Origin: Spirogloea muscicola
Taxonomy: Eukaryota
Length of the DNA: 64,000 nucleotides
Assembly: GCA_009602725.1 (NCBI GenBank)
Contig: WELB01000003.1
Coordinates: 475,457 to 539,456, forward strand
Direction: 5' to 3'
Shown: positions 59,699-64,000 of the stretch, one piece after another
How positions within the stretch are numbered: the stretch's first letter is position 1
How the letters are laid out: each line of letters starts with the position of its first letter
Made by a program: the position numbers and the translations under genes
Notes under the pieces: model-generated
Told to the model about the DNA's origin: nothing
The model's database searches: none
Seen by the model: only the letters and a program-made list of their open reading frames with translations

Positions 59699-61231
59699 TC
59701 ATGGGTTGGTTGAGGCAGTGACAAAGTGACCAAGCTTTGATCCCCGCGGTCTTGTCTTGACCTCAGGGTACTGTCCTGCAGTATACACGCTGCCTACGGT
59801 CCAGCCAGCTGGCACGGCATCATCAACCTGAAGTACCTTCCCCGTAAGAAGGCTAGTGACACGGAAGGACAGCGGCTGTCCTTGGAACATGCCGTCCGCT
59901 TGCCAAGTCACCCCAAAGCTCTGCAGGAGTGTGCCAATCGCTGTCATGTTTAGTCACGAGGGCCTCTCCTCAGCCTCTTATTTGTGACCATGGCTTGACT
60001 ACTTCCTTGTAGTGCAGCGCTCTCTAGGATAAGAGGCTATCTTCAGATTCACAGATGGCTGAGAGAGGCATACATCATCTTGCAGCACTACAGCCTATGA
60101 TATGAAAGTCATATTGTTTGGTTAGCACAAACAAGATCTGCCACCAACCTGCGTCATTGTCACCCAGTCGGTGTTAGTGCCCTTGACAGAGATTGCTGCA
60201 ATGTCGCCATCCCCAGCAATGTTGCGAATATTCAGCTGTAACCAATTTGGATTTCCACCGACCTGCCACTGTATATTTCCGTCCCTTGTACACGGTACCC
60301 TCATTACCTGCAAACACAATATTGCTACTTAGTTGCTGTCATTCAGAATCCCTGAAAAACATACAAGGGATGTACATTGCGCCAGGTCTCCCCTCCTGGT
60401 TGGCTACTGTGCACAAAGCCCAATCAATGCACATGACACTGACGACCAGGACGTAGATGGTCTCTGCGTACCTCGACGGGCACGACACCTGCGCTGTAAT
60501 CAGCAATTTGCGTGAAGGCCGGCTGCGACATGTCAAAGTGCATGTTGTCGCCGTCACACCAGCCAGGCGTGCTCATGTCCGTCCTTGGCGGGCAGTAGTT
60601 GGTCACAGTGATCTGGATGTACGTGTCCTTAATGCACCCCACTGCATTCACGCACCTCACCTGCGCAGGAGGCTCAGGCGAGCATCCTCAGGGTTTCCGC
60701 ACAGCTTGTAGAGCTCTCAAGGATCGCTCATTTCCAGTCAGGAAAATCTCCAGTGATGCACTCGTGCATTTCTGGAATTGTGACTGTCTGTGAATGTACC
60801 TGACACTGTACATGCAGTGCACTCTGTGCTTGGTTATTGCATGGGTGCTCTGTGCAGACTTGCAAGGTGATAGAGGCAAGAGGGGCATCTATGACAAGGC
60901 GACTGGACATTGAACCCCGTGTCTTGCTGTTGCGAGTTGAGGTCTTTGGAGGTCTCACCTGGTAGCACGCTCCACATGATTGCCCGTCCTTGAACAGCAT
61001 GGAGGAGGCCGCCACTGTGCTCGTGCCAAAGCCGGCCGTGAACATGTCGCCGTAGCCGCAAGCTCCGCCCGTGTTCTCAGCATTGGGGCCGCCGTAAAAG
61101 GTCGCCGTCATGTTGAAAGGCTGCCAGAAGTGTCTGCCGGCAGCCGCCACTGCGGTGCACAGCTGAGTGGCCGCCGCGAGAGCGAGAGCTGCTGCCCACA
61201 GGCAGGGCGCCCGCTTTGCTCGCACCCCCAT
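59699..61231 (-). CDS. EXPA: Alpha-expansin-like protein, 4 exons
   Basis: Exons 61231-60959, 60660-60472, 60307-60149 and 59920-59699 read ATFYGG...GGACGYG...DGQSCGACYQ|VRC...VTNYCP...GWC...HFDMSQPAF|VMRVPC...NIAGDGDI|SFGVTWQ...GQPLSFRVT. Confidence 0.93.
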
Positions 61232-61935
61232 GGTCACTAGATGCAGCGCGTATAGTTCGCACTTTGGTTGTGATGGAAATGCTATTCAATGTTCCGTTGA
61301 GGGCTTCTATGATGGTTATTGATGGCTGCTGCTGCTCGACATCTGCAGAGAGAAACAAGGAGCGTCAGATTCTAGCTGCAGCAAGGCTCATGCGCTCTTC
61401 CACACAACGCTGTCGAACCAAGATCTTGAGCTTGCTGGGACGCAGCTTGCTCTACGGCACTGAGTAAGCTCCGGCAGCTAGTTGGCGACTGACTGCGGTG
61501 TCGCTCAGCCTTCTCTCACAATCACGGAGATGAAGCCTGTCGCAGTCACTGCGATGCGACAGCGAGCAGCAGCCGAGCTGGTCGACGCCACAAGCTGCAC
61601 CGCTGCAGCTCTGCATTCAGCAGCCCACTAAGGACCGTGCCAGTCCTGTCACATCAGTGGCGAATGGAGCAGCGTCGCACCTGAGATGGCCGTGGCATCA
61701 GCTTCGCCGCTGCGACGCGCGCTCTCGCTCTGACGGCGGCCGCCCGACGGCCGATCGTGCCGCGCCAGCGGACTGCCGGCAAGGCCGTCGCACCTCGGCC
61801 ACGCAACGAACGCTCGCCCGTCGCTGAGGCGGGAGTGCAAGCGGCAGCGCGGCGCGGTAGGCCGGGCCAGTCACTGCAGCGGCGGGCCGCTTCCACCGAG
61901 CCGTCCGGCGCTCGAGCACCAGCCTTTGCCGGAAG

Positions 61936-61937
61936 CA

Positions 61938-61977
<40 letters not shown>

Positions 61978-61978
61978 G
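61936..61978. repeat. (GGC)n trinucleotide microsatellite
   Basis: About a dozen consecutive GGC units. Confidence 0.85.
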
Positions 61979-62669
61979 GGTAAGGCCGAAGCTTTGGAGT
62001 GACGGGGGGGGCCGGCTCGGTCCTGCAGGCCGAGGCGGGCCAGGAGAATGGGTAGCAGTTCCCCCTCCCTCCCTCCTCCCTCCCTCCTCCCCGCCCGTTG
62101 TGGCGCGATCGCCAAGTCAGCTCCCGTGCGACGCCGCGCGACGCCTTGCGCCCGTCGCACAGGCGTCGCATGGCCGTCGCACGGCTGCCCCGCCGACAGG
62201 GGGGCCCCCCCGCCCGCCTTTACCCCACGGGGGCCTGTCTCGCGGTCCCGGTCGCGTACTTCCTGACGGTGAGTCCCGGGCAATCGCCGAGCCGTCCGAT
62301 GGGGGCATCGGGCGGCGGACGCGGCCCGCTCGGCGGGGGGGCCCGCGCCAACGTCTCGCCGGGGCTGGGCTTGGCGCCGGCGGCAGCTTCGCTTGATTGG
62401 TGGCCAATCAATTGGTGGGGCTCGGCTGGCCCTCGTCCGTCCTGGCCTTGCCGCTGCCCTGGCCGCCGTACGGACTGGCTAGGGGGTCTCGATACGGAGA
62501 GCCAGTCTTGCCAACGGCCGGCGGAACTTCTGTACTTGGGCGGGGCCGCCGCCTCTCCGCGCCGAGCGCCCCCCAGTCTCGGCGGCGCGCCGCCCGCGCG
62601 CGCGGCGGTAGCGGGGCCCGAACCGTCGTCGCCCGACTGCAGGAGACATTGGGCTATTTCCCGCTGGAA

Positions 62670-63700
62670 GAGAGACTCTTCCAGTAGTGGATGACTGTTG
62701 GCCAGCTTAGAAGAAAAGATGAACAAAATTTGAGTGGGCCAAACAAGCACTAAAGGACACGGAGAGGAGGGTGTCCTTCTGAGCTCATCCGCAGAATCAG
62801 AGAATCTGAGCTCCGCAGGGGGCGAGGGCTGTGAAAAGCAGCCCGTATTGACAAGGTCCGAAGGGGCCGAAAACGCTGAAAACACACAAATGAGGAAGTA
62901 TCATGTAGGAGCATCACTTAGTAACCTCCACATCGCAGCCGCAAGCGGCAGAAAGACCAGCACATGACCAGCCCAGAAAAGCGAGGGCCTTTTCAGAAGG
63001 TGGACCACGGGCCTTGGTCGATGTGGTGGTTACGGAGGCCTATAAAGGTCCAGCATCGAGACACATCGCTGGCCACGCAGTGGGCAGTGCTGAACAAAGA
63101 AAGCTGCAGCACTACTCCGATTACCCCCAATGTGATCAGCTCCTGCCAGCGGCAATCGATATTTTTGGCTGCTTAGGTCCTCGTTTTCTTACTCTCCTTC
63201 AAAACATAGCCAATCTAGGCTACACACGACATGCAGATGTGTTCCCGGCTGAGATGGGCTTGCCAGCTGCATACCTGTCGTTCTTGCGACGACGAGTTTC
63301 GGCCTGTTTGCAGCGTGCTCAGGCTAATGCTTCGCACCTGAATGCTGGGCGAGCTCTAGTTGGTGGCAGCAGGGCTTCGTATCTGCCATCGAGTATTCAA
63401 GCATCGGTTAGCGACCGTTATAGTTTGACCCGTACTGAGCAGGTCAATCTACTGCAGGTTATGTAGGTCTTAAGATGTGCTTGCCTTTGTACTTGGCCAT
63501 TTGGCCTTCGTGTGTTTCAAATACTCGAAATCTTTTCAGAAGGGCAAAGGGGAAAGAAAGAGAAGAGTATTAAGCTAAGCTCTTTTAAAGGGGGCGGTGG
63601 CGGTGAGAAGCCAGCCCGAAAAGAATGGCCGAGGTCCGCCTTAATGGGTGGATTGGCGCGCGGAAATTGAGGAATGAGAGAAGGCGCGCGGTATGCATCA
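62670..63700. mobile_element. CRE-like retroelement island: + strand RLE/C-terminal ORF fragment with 3' UTR, flanked by minus-strand 3' ends
   Basis: 63014-63466(+): ALVDVVVT...AGHAVGSAEQRKLQHY...LLPAAIDIFGCLG...LRRRVSACLQRAQANA (RLE D..K motif and tail), followed by the UTR TTGCCTTTGTACTTGGCCA. Minus-strand termini at 62673-62712, 62808-62930 and 63578-63625. Confidence 0.8.
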
Positions 63701-64000
63701 GCTGAAGCGGAGGCACAGCCGAGCCATTACCTGATACAAAGGATGAGGCTACACAGAGCGAAGGCCTAAGTTGAAAGGGGCTAAGGCAACATATGAAAAT
63801 ACAGCTGAAGGGCCAGCTCAACCAAAGTGAGCTCGTTCAAGTCGACAGGCTAACTTGGGGAGCCTGAGCACCGTCGTGGAAGCCAGTTGCCTGGCTGACT
63901 GTGCGCCCAGCATGCTGGTGTATCGCCACGGCCTGGAGGTGCTGCAAACTGAGGAAATCCCTCATCCTGTGTTGCCCAACTAAAATGCCTACGGAGAAGT

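Overview
This is a GC-rich, intron-containing eukaryotic nuclear region from a draft assembly with several N-gaps. The gene content (QWRF/AUG8, FIP, SAUL1/PUB44-like U-box proteins, alpha-expansins, plant-type PEX14, plant-like nad2 fragment) points to a streptophyte, plausibly a charophyte/zygnematophyte alga; that assignment is inference. About 14 spliced protein-coding genes are recognisable, in order: QWRF/AUG8-like (5' partial), RabA/Rab11 GTPase, proline iminopeptidase, plastid-type glutathione reductase, FIP DnaJ-like Zn-finger, U-box/ARM #1, DUF4336, U-box/ARM #2, a degenerate TM9SF/EMP70, NatB auxiliary subunit NAA25, PEX14, a KCTD-type BTB protein and two convergent expansins. The most unusual non-gene structure is a set of intergenic islands built from scrambled, mixed-orientation fragments of a CCHC + restriction-like-endonuclease (CRE-like) non-LTR retrotransposon. 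Their diverged 3' UTRs all end in one conserved ~45-nt hairpin motif (about 14 copies seen). Also noted: a ~130-bp mitochondrial nad2 insertion inside a FIP intron, a decayed Ginger2/rve-integrase-like relic, GC-AG introns, and long (GA)n tracts. All homology calls come from motif recognition by eye; no database search was run.
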